Assembly: GCA_963716745.1 (NCBI GenBank)
Contig: OY970320.1
Location: 1,600,001-1,664,000, forward strand
Direction: 5' to 3'
From: an uncultured Gemmatimonadaceae bacterium
Lineage (GTDB): Bacteria; Gemmatimonadota; Gemmatimonadetes; Gemmatimonadales; Gemmatimonadaceae
Length of the DNA: 64,000 nt
Shown piece by piece: positions 10,790 through 21,167 of this stretch. Each line of letters opens with the position of its first letter. Position 1 is the first letter of the stretch. The notes below the pieces were generated by a model. The model was not told the DNA's origin, did not search any database, and saw only the letters and a program-made list of their open reading frames with translations. A program made the position numbers and the translations under genes.

Positions 10790-10821
10790 TGCAACGGCGC
10801 ATCCCGCGTATTCGGCTGCTA

Positions 10822-10894
10822 TGGAGCTGAGGGGGCTCGAACCCCTGACCTCTGCAATGCGAATGCAGCGCTCTCCCAGCTGAGCTACAGCCCC
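10822..10894 (-). tRNA. tRNA-Ala (anticodon CGC)
   Basis: Reverse complement GGGGCTGTAGCTCAGCTGGGAGAGCGCTGCATTCGCATTGCAGAGGTCAGGGGTTCGAGCCCCCTCAGCTCCA; cloverleaf with G3:U70. Confidence 0.95.
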
Positions 10895-10941
10895 TTCTAT
10901 TGAAAAGGCCCCGCAGTGCGGGGCCCCCGTCTTGCTCCACA

Positions 10942-10970
10942 AAGATAGCGGAGCGATGAGGGGGAGTCAA
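10942..10970 (-). promoter_or_regulatory. Putative sigma70 promoter of tRNA-Ala
   Basis: TTGACT-17 nt-TATCTT on the minus strand. Confidence 0.65.
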
Positions 10971-11066
10971 GCTGTTCCGCGCTATCGAGATATAGACGCG
11001 CGTTCGCGTGGAAAGTCACGCTGGCGGGCTTGCTCTCGGCGCGATGGGAGCCCCATTCTCCGCGCC

Positions 11067-12033
11067 ATGTTCGACGATCTGCGCGCCGAAGACATCGCCG
11101 CCGCCGCGAAGCGCCTCGCGGGCGTGTGCGTGCGCACGCCGCTCCGGCGATCCGCGGAATTGTCGCGCCGCGCGGGCGGCGATGTATTCCTCAAGCTCGA
11201 GTGCGAGCAGATCACGGGGTCGTTCAAGCTGCGCGGCGCGTTCAACGCGATCGCGTCGCTCGCGCCTGACGTGCGCGCGCGCGGCGTGATCGCGAGCTCC
11301 GCCGGCAATCACGGACTGGGCGTCGCGTGGGCAGCGAAGCATCACGGCATTCCCGCCACAGTATTCGTGCCGCGCGCCGCGCCTCATGGTGAAGCGGCGC
11401 GGCATCGAAGCGCTCGGCGCCACCGTGGACGCCGAGTCGGCGGACTATGACGTGGCGATGACGCGGGCCAAAGCGCTCGCCGCTGAGCGGGATGTCATGT
11501 ACATAAACCCCTGCCTGGGCGACACGCTGATCGCGGGACAAGGGACGGTGGCGCTCGAGATCATGGAGGATCTGCCTGCGGTCGCGATGGTGGTCACGCC
11601 GGTAGGAGGAGCAGGGCTGCTCGCGGGCACGGGGAGTTGGCTGCGGCGGAGAGCGCCGCATGTGCGGATCGCGGGGGCGCAGAGCGTGAATACCGCGGCG
11701 ATGAGCCGCTCGCTCGCGGAGGGGGCGGTGACGCACATCGAGAGTGTGCCGACGTTGGCCGACGGACTCGCTGGGGATATAGACGAATTCGCGTTGGATA
11801 TTGGGCGGAAGGCGCTGGATGAACTCGCGGTGCTGGACGAGGCGGCGATCGCGCGCGCCATTGGGTGGCTCTCGCGAGAGGAAGGGTTGGTAGTAGAAGG
11901 AGCGGGGGCGGTGGGTGTTGCGGCGGTGCTCGAGGGGGCGCTGGGGCTCAAGTTCCCGGCGGTGGTCATCGTGTCGGGGCGGAATATCGACCCCGAAAAA
12001 CATGCGGCGGCAGTTGGTTCAAGAACGGCGTGA
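11067..12033 (+). CDS. PLP-dependent threonine/serine dehydratase, no ACT domain; frameshift ~11385
   Basis: LKLECEQITGSFKLRGA (PLP lysine), SSAGNHG, GQGT, PVGGAGL, VSGRN. Confidence 0.9.
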
Positions 12034-12324
12034 GTACCGAGTCGTGCGTGTTCGACCACAGAGGGCGTGAGTACCGAGTCGTGCGTGTTGGACCACAGAC
12101 GGCGTGAGTACCGAGTCGTGCGTGTTGGACCACAGAGGGCGTGAGTACCTAGTCGTGCGTGTTGGACCACAGACAGCGTGAGTACCGAGTCGTGCGTCGG
12201 CGTTTTTGGGCGCACTCACGACTAACGGCGGTCGGGTTGCGACTCACGCAGTGCGTGGTCGAACACGCACGACTCGGTACTCACGCACCCTGTGGTCGAA
12301 CACGCACGACTCGGTACTCACGCC
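12027..12324. repeat. 37-bp tandem repeat array: about 4.6 direct copies then 2 inverted copies
   Basis: Unit GGCGTGAGTACCGAGTCGTGCGTGTTSGACCACAGAS starts at 12027, 12064, 12101, 12138 and 12175 (partial); reverse-complement copies at ~12255-12286 and ~12292-12324. Confidence 0.95.
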
Positions 12325-12347
12325 GTTATTACTGAGTATCTTAGGTC

Positions 12348-13271
12348 GTGTCGTTAACCCTGAAATTCCTCGGTACGTCCGCCGCTCGCCCCACCGTCGA
12401 GCGGAATGTCTCCTCTCTCGCCCTCACCCGCGAGGGAGAAACGCTGCTGTTCGATTGCGGCGAAGGCACGCAGCGGCAGATGATGAAATACGGCATCACC
12501 TTCGCGCTCGATGAGATCTTCTTCACGCATTTCCATGGCGATCACATCATCGGCGTCGTGGGCCTCTGCCGCACGCTCGCGCTGCAGGGGCGCACGGAAC
12601 CGATGCGCTTCTACGGCCCTAAGGGCGCGAAGAAGATCCTCTTCGACGCGGTGCGATTCGGCGCGGAGCGCACGCCCTTCCCCGTGGAGATCACGGAGCT
12701 CGAACCGTCGCAATCGGTCAAGAAGAACGGCTATGCGATCGTCGCCTTCCCCGCCGAGCATGCGGGCGCGGCTTCACTCGGGTACGCGATGATCGAAGAG
12801 GCGAGGAAGGGTGAGTTCCACCCCGACATCGCGCGCGAGATGAACATTCCCGAGGGCCCGCTCTGGGGGAAGATCCACAAGGGCGAGACGATCACGCTCG
12901 AGGACGGCCGGCGCATCGAGCCGTCTGCTCTCGTGGGTCCGCCGCGCTCCGGCCGACGCGTGGTGATCACCGGCGACACGCGCCCGTGCGACGCCACGGT
13001 GGAGATCGCGCGCGGAGCCGACGTGCTCGTGCACGAGGCGACCTTCGGCGACGAGGAGGCCGAGCGCGCCGCCGAGACGGGTCACACCACCGCGCGCGAA
13101 GCCGGCGAGATCGCGAAGCGCGCCGGCGTGCGCCAGCTCGTGCTCACGCATCTCTCGGCGCGCTATTCGAACGACGCGCAAACTCTATTGAACGAAGCGC
13201 GCGGTGCGTTCGAGAATGTCGTGGTCGCGCGCGACGGGCTGGAGATCGACGTCCCTTTCGCCGCGAGCTAG
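12348..13271 (+). CDS. rnz: Ribonuclease Z
   Basis: FLGTSA, DCGEGTQRQ, THFHGDH, exosite GPLWGKI, GDTRP, HEATF, LTHLSARY. Confidence 0.95.
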   Translation: MSLTLKFLGTSAARPTVERNVSSLALTREGETLLFDCGEGTQRQMMKYGITFALDEIFFTHFHGDHIIGVVGLCRTLALQGRTEPMRFYGPKGAKKILFDAVRFGAERTPFPVEITELEPSQSVKKNGYAIVAFPAEHAGAASLGYAMIEEARKGEFHPDIAREMNIPEGPLWGKIHKGETITLEDGRRIEPSALVGPPRSGRRVVITGDTRPCDATVEIARGADVLVHEATFGDEEAERAAETGHTTAREAGEIAKRAGVRQLVLTHLSARYSNDAQTLLNEARGAFENVVVARDGLEIDVPFAAS

Positions 13272-13687
13272 TTCGCGCGCACCGGCGTGAGCGGGCGCCG
13301 TCCCGCGAAGCCCGCTTCCAGTTCGTGCCAATGTTCCACCGCCGGTTCGTCGTAGCGCCAGCAGAGCCACACATCGCGGCCGTCGATCTCGCCCGGGAAA
13401 TCCACGAGTCCGCCGTCGAGCGGCTGCTTGTACTCCACGCCGAGGTCGGCGAGCTCGCGCAGGCACGCATCGATCTCCGCCGCCAAGCGCTGGACCTCCG
13501 CCGCGGCCGCGTCGGCCTGCGGGTCGGGCTGGTCGGCGGTCGCGTTCGCGGCGAACACCGCGAAGGCCTCCACGCGATCCTTCCACACCGGATAGAACGT
13601 GATGATGTCCCGCACGATCCGCCGCACGAGCGGCAGCGTGCTGTTCGCCTGCGCGACGGTGAAGTGCCGTCGAGCCGGGCGGCTCAC
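13268..13687 (-). CDS. DUF2203-family protein
   Basis: FTVAQANSTLPLV…GLVDFP…VWLCWRYDEPAVEHWHELEAGFAGRRP; GTG start overlaps the upstream stop. Confidence 0.85.
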   Translation of the reverse strand: MSRPARRHFTVAQANSTLPLVRRIVRDIITFYPVWKDRVEAFAVFAANATADQPDPQADAAAAEVQRLAAEIDACLRELADLGVEYKQPLDGGLVDFPGEIDGRDVWLCWRYDEPAVEHWHELEAGFAGRRPLTPVRAN

Positions 13688-15303
13688 GCCGGCTTCCCCT
13701 CGGCGTTGCGCTCCTCGAGACGGCGCCGGCGGCGCGCTTCCGCCGCGGCGTAGCGACGCTTCTCGTCGTCGGTCTGCGGGATCACGGCCGGCACATCCAC
13801 CGGGCGGCCGTTGCGGTCCACCGCCACGAAGGTGAGGTAGCACGAATTGGTGTGGCGCCGCACGCCATCCACGAGGTTCTCACAATCCACCCGCACGCCA
13901 ATCTCCATGGAAGTGCGGCCGGTGTAATTCACGCTCGCCTTCATGATCACCAGATCGCCCAGGTGGATCGGCTCGCGGAAATCCACGCGGTCCACGCTCA
14001 CCGTGACGCAGCTGCCGCGTGCGTGGCGGATGGCCGCGACGGCCGCCGTGCGGTCCATCATCGAGAGGATCACGCCACCGAACACATGGCCGAGGTTGTT
14101 GGCGTGCTGCGGCATCATGATCTCGGATGTCTCGTGCTGCGAATCCGAGACGAACTTGCCGGGGCGGGACTTCTTGGGCGCGGGAGTCATGGCGGTGCGG
14201 GTGTCCTCGGAATAGAGTGCGGCCTCATCGAACGCGCGGGCGAGCGCCGCGCGGGTGGCGCTGTCCACGGCGCCATGATCGAGCCAGAAGATGCGACGCG
14301 CGGGGGCCGGAAGCGTCGCGATCGGGAACGCGCGGCCGGCGCTGTCGAGGAGCCGGCTCAAGCCGGGATCCCCTCCGGGCTTGTATCCGACCTGCACCTC
14401 GAGGTTCCCGTGCTTCCATGAGGAGCCGTCGGGAGTTCCGAGCGATCGCGGCAGACCCTCGGCCGACTCGGCCCACCAGTTGGGCGCCGCGACGGCGATC
14501 GGCGGGAGAGGCAGCGTGAACCCTTCGGCCTTGCGGCCGGTGCCGGGGGCGACGAAACGGATGGCCGGTGAGCCATCGACGTTCATGATCTCGAAGCTGG
14601 TGGGATCGAACTTGAAATCGCCCACGGCGGCGGCCGCCTGCTTGGCGCGCGCGTCCGAGCTGGCGAGCACCGAGTCGAGCGTCTGGGTGAAGAGCTTGGC
14701 GCCCTTCTGGAGGACGTACTCGGCGTTCTTGTCGCCGACGATATCGGCGACCGTGGCCGGCCCGCCCTTCCCCAGGTCGAGCGTGTAGCGGCGCGCGATA
14801 TGCCAGTTGTCGCTGCCGTCGCCCTCGAGGTCGGCGGTGTAACTCACCGAAAGGAAACGGCCGAACTGGACGAGCGGCACGAGGTCCGAGGTGGCGCTGA
14901 GCGCCGGCTCGTCGGGCAGGTCGTCGTCGGGACTGAGGGGGCGCTCGGTGGGATGCTGGGACGCGTACATCACCGCCACGGCGTTGATCGTCGTGTCCAT
15001 GAAGACGGCGGTCGAGTCGCCGCTGCGGAGGTCGCGGCGGTAGAGTCGCTGGCCGGTGATGATCGCGTCGGGGTAGGAATGGTCGTCGTCGGCCAGGTAG
15101 AGCTCAATGAACGAACCGTTCAGCCGGCCGAGCCGGAGCGGGGCGCCGCGAACGCGGACGCCTTCGGGTCCGGACCGGACCCAGAAGGAGCTGTCGCCGG
15201 CTTCGATGATGAACTCGGCCGCCGGCGCAGCCGGGCCGCGATGAGGCGCGGGACAGGCGGCGAGAACGAGAAGGAGTGCGGTGGCGGCCGGGACCCGGAA
15301 CAT
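13684..15303 (-). CDS. Hypothetical lipoprotein in frame with a C-terminal hotdog acyl-CoA thioesterase (thioesterase part ~13684..14190)
   Basis: Lipobox LLVLAAC; C-terminal MPQHANNLGHVFGG…VTVSVDRVDFREPI…GRTSMEIGV (YciA-like). Confidence 0.75.
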   Translation of the reverse strand: MFRVPAATALLLVLAACPAPHRGPAAPAAEFIIEAGDSSFWVRSGPEGVRVRGAPLRLGRLNGSFIELYLADDDHSYPDAIITGQRLYRRDLRSGDSTAVFMDTTINAVAVMYASQHPTERPLSPDDDLPDEPALSATSDLVPLVQFGRFLSVSYTADLEGDGSDNWHIARRYTLDLGKGGPATVADIVGDKNAEYVLQKGAKLFTQTLDSVLASSDARAKQAAAAVGDFKFDPTSFEIMNVDGSPAIRFVAPGTGRKAEGFTLPLPPIAVAAPNWWAESAEGLPRSLGTPDGSSWKHGNLEVQVGYKPGGDPGLSRLLDSAGRAFPIATLPAPARRIFWLDHGAVDSATRAALARAFDEAALYSEDTRTAMTPAPKKSRPGKFVSDSQHETSEIMMPQHANNLGHVFGGVILSMMDRTAAVAAIRHARGSCVTVSVDRVDFREPIHLGDLVIMKASVNYTGRTSMEIGVRVDCENLVDGVRRHTNSCYLTFVAVDRNGRPVDVPAVIPQTDDEKRRYAAAEARRRRRLEERNAEGKPA

Positions 15304-15414
15304 GCGCGGAATATACCGTGTGACGACAAGCATGGGGTGTGCGTGCTATGAACACGACGCGCGGTGTAGATTTCGCGTCCCCCGGTGAACCACCCTGTAC
15401 CACGCGAGTCGCAG

Positions 15415-16576
15415 ATGCGCCGCCCAGTCATCGTTGTCCTCGTCGCTCTCATCGTGGCGTGCCGCCGCGATGCACTTGCCGCGTCCGTTCGCCCTGCGAT
15501 CGTGCGCGACACCATTCACGACAGCGTGCATGCGGCGCCGGCGGCGGCCGCGCGAAAACCGCTGGCCGACACCGGCATCGTGCGCGCGCTCTATGTGAAT
15601 CGATGGGCGTCGCAGAGCGCGAAGAAGATGCGCGCGCTCATTGCGATCGCGGACAAGACCGAGATCAACGCGCTCGTGATCGACATGAAGGATGAGTTCG
15701 GTCTCAACTTCGAGTCGAGGGACACGATCGTGTCGCGCAACGCGGGGCGTGCCGGCCGGCTCAAGGAGCTCGTGCCGCTGCTGGACACGCTCAAAGCGCA
15801 TCACATCCTCGCGATCGCGCGCGTGGTGGTGTTCAAGGACTCGGTGGCCGCGCGCGTGAATCCGCAGCACGTGATCCGGAAGCCCGACGGCACGCCGTGG
15901 CACGACAAGAAGGGGCTGACGTGGGTGGATCCGTACGACCCGTCGATCCGCGAGTACAACATTCGCGTGGCGGAGGAACTGGCGCGGCTGGGATTCGATG
16001 AGATCCAGTTCGACTATATCAGGTTTCCCGAGCCGTACGCGTCGCTGCCGCCGCAGGTGTTCAAGGATGCGAACGGCGTGGCGAAGCCGAAGGCGCTCGC
16101 GGACTTCTTTCGCGCGGCGTGCCCGCGCATCCACGCGGCCGGCGCGCGATGCACGGCCGATATCTTCGGCATGGTGACGTCCATCGGTGGCGCGCTCGAG
16201 GTGGGACAGCAATGGAGCGAGCTGGCGCCGGTGACCGACGTGCTGCTGCCGATGGTGTACCCGTCGCACTATCCGCATGGATCGTTCGGGATCGCGCACC
16301 CGAACTCGGAGCCGTATCTCGTGGTGGACTCGGCGATCACGGGCGCGCATCACAAGGACATCAAGCTCGGGATCATGAGCCCGATCCATGTGCGCGCCGT
16401 GGCTGCAGGCGTTCACGCTGGGGCCGCCGCACTACACCGCCGAGCAGGTGCAGGCGCAGAAGAAGGGCGTGTACGACGCGGGCTACGATAGCTGGGTGCT
16501 GTGGAGTCCGGGGTCGGAGTATTCGATCTTCTTGACGGCGCTGGAACCGACGACAGTCTCGAGGAAGAAGAAATAG
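15415..16576 (+). CDS. Putative glycoside hydrolase lipoprotein (DUF4015-like); frameshift ~16395
   Basis: Lipobox IVAC; INALVIDMKD, WVDPY, GFDEIQFDYIRFP, PMVYPSHY, PWLQAFT. Confidence 0.85.
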
Positions 16577-16633
16577 TTCATCGACTCGCATCGTGCATTG
16601 CTGAGGCACGATGCGCGATGAACGATACGCGTT

Positions 16634-18778
16634 TTACCGGCTCAGCTTCATGCTCACGATGAACGCGCGCGGCTGCGCGGGCGTGTAAAAGCGCTCCACT
16701 TCATCGGAGGGCGGACCGCCGGGCGGCCCAACCGGATTGTCCGCGTACGTGGCGAAGCTCGAGAACTTGTGATCGAACAGGTTCTGCACAGTGGCGGTGA
16801 GGGCGATGTGGTCGCGCGCGTACGTCGCGCGCAGGCGCCACACGGCGTAGCCGGCGAGCGGCGGCTCGACGTTCGCGTCGTCGCCGCGCACGAACTGCGT
16901 GCTCACGGCGTTCATGCCGATCTCACCGTCGATCGTGCCCGAGCCCACGACTTCCGTGGCGCCGAACGCGAACGTCACGCGGTCGTGCGGCGAGAGCGGG
17001 AACACATCTCCGGGATGCACCGAGTCGGGCACCGGCAGCTGCGATGACAGCAGCACGGTGCTCTGATACGTCGCGTTCAAGTACGTGTACGATGCGCTCG
17101 CGCGCATCCCATGCGGCAGCATGAGCGTGCCGCTCAGTTCCGCGCCGGCACGGCGCGTGTGCGGGATGTTCTGGAAGTAGCCCTGCGTGTTGGTGCTCGC
17201 GACGAACACGATCTCGTCGTGCACATCGCTCCAGAAGAGCGACGCCTCGAGCGTGCTGCCGCCTTTCGGCGACCAGTCGGCGCCGACCTCATAACTCGCG
17301 AGCGTCACCGGCTGGAGCGGCGGGTCGCTGCCGAGCGCGTACGGGAGTGGACACGGCGCGTCAGGACTCGCGCAGCCGAGCTCCACCGGTGCGGGCGCAC
17401 GGAACCCGCCGCTCACCACGGCGTAGCCCCGCCACGCCGGGTTGAATTCGTACGTGGCGCCGAAGCGCGGAGAGAGATGCGTGAACACGCTCGTCGCGCT
17501 GTTGGCGCTGTCGTAGCGATCCTCGAACGGCACGCGCACCCAGTCGAATCGCGCCGCCGCGGTGAGCGAGAGCGCGGGTCGTGAGCGAGAGCACGCCCTG
17601 CGCGAAGACGCCGGCATCCTGCTCGGGCACGAACACGTCCGCGCACAATCCGTTGGCGTTGCATTCCGGCGGGAGATGCACGGATGTGTCGGCCGTGAGA
17701 CGCGCGTAGATCGATTCGCTCACGTCGTTCCGCGCAAGCTCGATGCCGACGGTGAACGCGAACGGGCGCGACCACGCGGAGAGCGGCGCGCTCCACTCGG
17801 TGGTGAGTCCGTACGATTGGTTCACGAGGAACGCGTCGGAGCTGGGCGCGTCCACGTTCACATTGAACTGTTCCGACGCGTTGTGGCGATAGAAGATCGC
17901 GGCGCGCAGCTGGCCGGCGCCCAGCGTGCGCTCGCCGCGGAGCGCGAGATGCCAGAGTTCGGGAGCGAAGAAATCGCCGCCGGTGTAGTTGAGTTTCGGA
18001 TTCACCGCGAGCCAGCTCGCAGGGAGCGAACCCGGCTCGGCGATGCTGTCGTGCGCGTACATCACCGTGAGCGCAATGTCGCTCGAGTCGCGCTTGCGGC
18101 CGAGGTTGAGGAAGATCGACCGCTCGGTGAGTCCGCCTTGTTCGCGCCAGCCAGACTCGTTGAAGAAGTTCGCGGAGAGGAAACCGTCGAAGGCGCCGCT
18201 CTTGCCGCCGGCGTTCACCGTCGCGTTGAACAGGCCGAAGGATCCGCCGCTCACATCGCCCTCGAGCACCGGCACCGTCTCGCCGCGCTGCGTGAAAAGC
18301 ACGAGCGCGCCGGCCAGCGTGTTCTTGCCGTAGAGCGTGGCCGGGCCGCGCACGAGCTGGCCGCGCGAGACGGCGTCCATCGGCAGGAGATCGAAGTTCA
18401 CTTCCTGCGCGTCGGGCTCGTTCACGCGCACGCCATCGAGGAACACCGACACGCCCTGCGGCACGCCGACCACTGGCGAGAGGTTGAACCCGCGGATCTC
18501 GAGCGTAGGCTGCGCGGGCGTGCCTTGATCGTCGAACACGCTCACGCCGGGGAGCTTCGCGAGCGCGGCGGCGGCGCTCGCGGCGGCGGGCGCGAGATCG
18601 TGCACGTTCACCTTGTCCACCTGCGCGGGCACGCTCTCATCCGCATCGCTCAGCCGCGTGCTCACGACGACCGGCACGAGATGCTGCACGCGCGCGGAAT
18701 CCTTCTTGGTGGAATCGGAACGAATCGTATCCTTCGCCTGGGCATCGGCTCGCTGGCGAAAACGATGAGCGCGAGCAT
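16634..18778 (-). CDS. TonB-dependent receptor; frameshifts near the N-terminus and at ~17575
   Basis: Plug motifs LPGVSV, IRGF, LDGVRVN, VRGPATLYG; barrel GFRAP, VQNLFD, C-terminal PRAFIVSMK. Confidence 0.85.
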
Positions 18779-18876
18779 TCGCGATTCGCGCGAGTCGAAG
18801 CGTGCATCGTGCGAGCGTGCATCGTGCTCGGCGCCGCTCGTCTGTCGCGGCGCGATGCACGATGCACGATGCACGG

Positions 18877-20140
18877 CTAGCGCGTCCCGCCGGCTATGCG
18901 ACTCCACACCCTCGATGAGCCGCTCCACCTCCTCCATGTTCGTGTAGCACGCGCAACCGGCGCGCACGAGGCCGTCGGGCGCCTGGCCGAGCCGTTCGAC
19001 GATGGTGGTCGCGTAGAAATCCCCGTTCGACACGTAGACACCGAGCCGCGCGAGCGCGATCGCGACATCGGTGGTCGGAACGCCGGCAACGGTGAACACG
19101 ATCGTGGGCGTGCGGCGCTCCCGCGGCGGCGGCCCGAAGCGTCGCACGCCCTTGATCGCGCCGAGGCCCTCCCAGATGCGATGGAACAGCTCGTCGCCGC
19201 GCGTGTGCAGCTCGCCGAACGCCGCCGCCAGCCGCGCGCGCCGGTGCGCGCCGCCGTCGGGCGCGAGGGACGCGAGGAAATCCACCGCGGCCCCCGCCCC
19301 GACGATCCCTTCGTGGTTCTGCGTGCCGGTCTCGAGGCGCTCGGGGGCGGTGTCGGGTGCGGGGATGAGCTTCGGCACGTCGAGCGCGCTCAGCCGCTCG
19401 TGCTTGCCGTACAGGATGCCAATGTGGGGTCCGTAGAACTTGTACGCGGAGCACGCAAGGAAATCGCAGTCGAGCGCGCGGACATCCACGAGCGCGTGCG
19501 GCGCGTAGTGCACGGCGTCCACGAACACGACGGTGCCGGGCGCTGCGCCGCGCGCGAGACGCGCAGCGCGCGCGACGTCGGTGATGGTGCCGAGCGCGTT
19601 GGATCCGGCGCCGATCGCGAGCACGCGTGTGCGCGCGGAGAGTTGGCGTTCGAAGTCCTTCCAGTCGAGTTGGCCCGTGGCAGGATCCATCTTCGCGACG
19701 CGCACCACCGCACCGCGCTCGCGCTCGAGTGCGCGCCACGGCGCGATGTTGGCGTGATGGTCCAGCTCGGTGACCACGATCTCGTCGCCCGCCTCGAGCT
19801 CGCGGCCGAGCGCGCGCGCCAGATGGAAGGTGATCGTCGTCATGTTGAGGCCGAACGCGATCTCGTTGGGCGACGCGTTCAAGAAATCGGCCACCGCGAC
19901 GCGCGCGGCCTGGATCATCTCGTCGGTCTCGGCGCTCGTGGGATAGGCCCAGTGCGTGTTCGCGTTGTGATGGTACAGGTAGTCCGTCATCGCGTCGGCC
20001 ACTGCGCGCGGCACCTGCGTGCCGCCCGGCCCGTCGAAGAAAGCGACGGGGCGCGATCCCTCGCGCCGCTGCAGCGCCGGGAACTGCGCACGGATCGCAT
20101 CCGTGGACGTGACGCGAGAGGCCGACAATATCGCACTCAT
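18877..20140 (-). CDS. Cysteine desulfurase-like class V aminotransferase (VC1184-like); stop probably displaced by a frameshift
   Basis: FFDGPGGTQVP, LDHHANIAPW, DAVHYAPH, SAYKFYGPH, ETGT; ATGA overlap with the upstream gene. Confidence 0.88.
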
Positions 20141-21030
20141 GCGATCTCCACCTGGGCGAGCTGTTCGAGGAAACGCACCGCTTCCACGTGGTCGGCCTCT
20201 TCGCCGAGCGCGTTGTGGGCGGCGCGGAAGAGTTCCGCGGTGAGCGCGATGAGCGGCGCGGGCACGCGCTGTTCCTTCGCGACTGCGGCGGCGATGCCGA
20301 CATCCTTGTCGAGCAACGCGAGGCGGAACGTGCGCGGGAAGGCGCGCGTGAGCACGCGCTCGGGAAAGAGGTTCTGCGACGCGTTGCTGCGGCCGCTCGA
20401 TGCGTTGATCACGTCGAGCGCGACGGCGGGCTTCACGCCCGCTCTCGTGAGCGCGGCAAGTCCCTCGGCGGCCGACCAGATGTGCACCGCGAGCATGGCG
20501 TTGTTCACCGCCTTGAGCGCGTGACCGGATCCGACCGGCCCGCAGTGCACGATCTTCTCGCCGAACGCCGCGAGCACGGGGCGCACGCGCTCGAAGACCG
20601 TCGCGTCGCCTCCCACCATGACCGTGAGCTTTCCTTTCTCGGCGCCGATCACGCCGCCGCTCACCGGCGCGTCGGCGAAATCGACGCCGCGTTCGGCGAG
20701 CCGTGCCGCGATGCGCCGCGAGGTCGCCGGATCGCCCGACGTGCAATCCACGAGCACGGAGCCGCGCTCGAGTCCGGCGAGCAATCCGCCGGGGCCATCG
20801 AGCACGGACTCGACATCGGGCGACGCGGGCAGGCAGGTGATGACGACCTCGGCGTTCTTGCCGGCATCGAGCGGCGACGACGCGACGCGCACGTTGGCGC
20901 CCGCGCCGGCGAAGGCTATCGCTTTCTCGCGTGTGCGATTCCACACCGCGAGCTCGAAGCGCGGGTCGACGAGATGCCGCGCCATCGGTGTGCCGATCGC
21001 GCCGAGGCCGAGGAACGCAATGCGGGTCAT
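20137..21030 (-). CDS. NAD(P)-dependent oxidoreductase, 3-hydroxyisobutyrate dehydrogenase family
   Basis: FLGLGAIG, WNRT, DAPVSGG, catalytic KAVNN, KD motif. Confidence 0.92.
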   Translation of the reverse strand: MTRIAFLGLGAIGTPMARHLVDPRFELAVWNRTREKAIAFAGAGANVRVASSPLDAGKNAEVVITCLPASPDVESVLDGPGGLLAGLERGSVLVDCTSGDPATSRRIAARLAERGVDFADAPVSGGVIGAEKGKLTVMVGGDATVFERVRPVLAAFGEKIVHCGPVGSGHALKAVNNAMLAVHIWSAAEGLAALTRAGVKPAVALDVINASSGRSNASQNLFPERVLTRAFPRTFRLALLDKDVGIAAAVAKEQRVPAPLIALTAELFRAAHNALGEEADHVEAVRFLEQLAQVEIA

Positions 21031-21167
21031 GGGTTCGATCGCGAGGTGGTGGAGGCCGAAAGCTCGCCGGGGGCGCGAAGCGCGTCAACGACCGTGGATG
21101 CACGAAGGAGCAGCCGGCTTCGACTGCTCCTCCGCGTTCACCTGCAGGCGGCCCCAGGTATCCCGCG

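Noticed and set aside
2219..10821. Integrated island between the two tRNAs
   Set aside because: No integrase and no convincing duplicated tRNA 3' end (only a 7-nt ATGGAGC match near 2277).
12027..12324. CRISPR array
   Set aside because: Units are head-to-tail with no unique spacers, orientation inverts, and no cas genes are in the window.
18662..21103. 813-aa fusion ORF
   Set aside because: An off-frame read of the dehydrogenase running into the desulfurase-like gene, extended by a missing stop.
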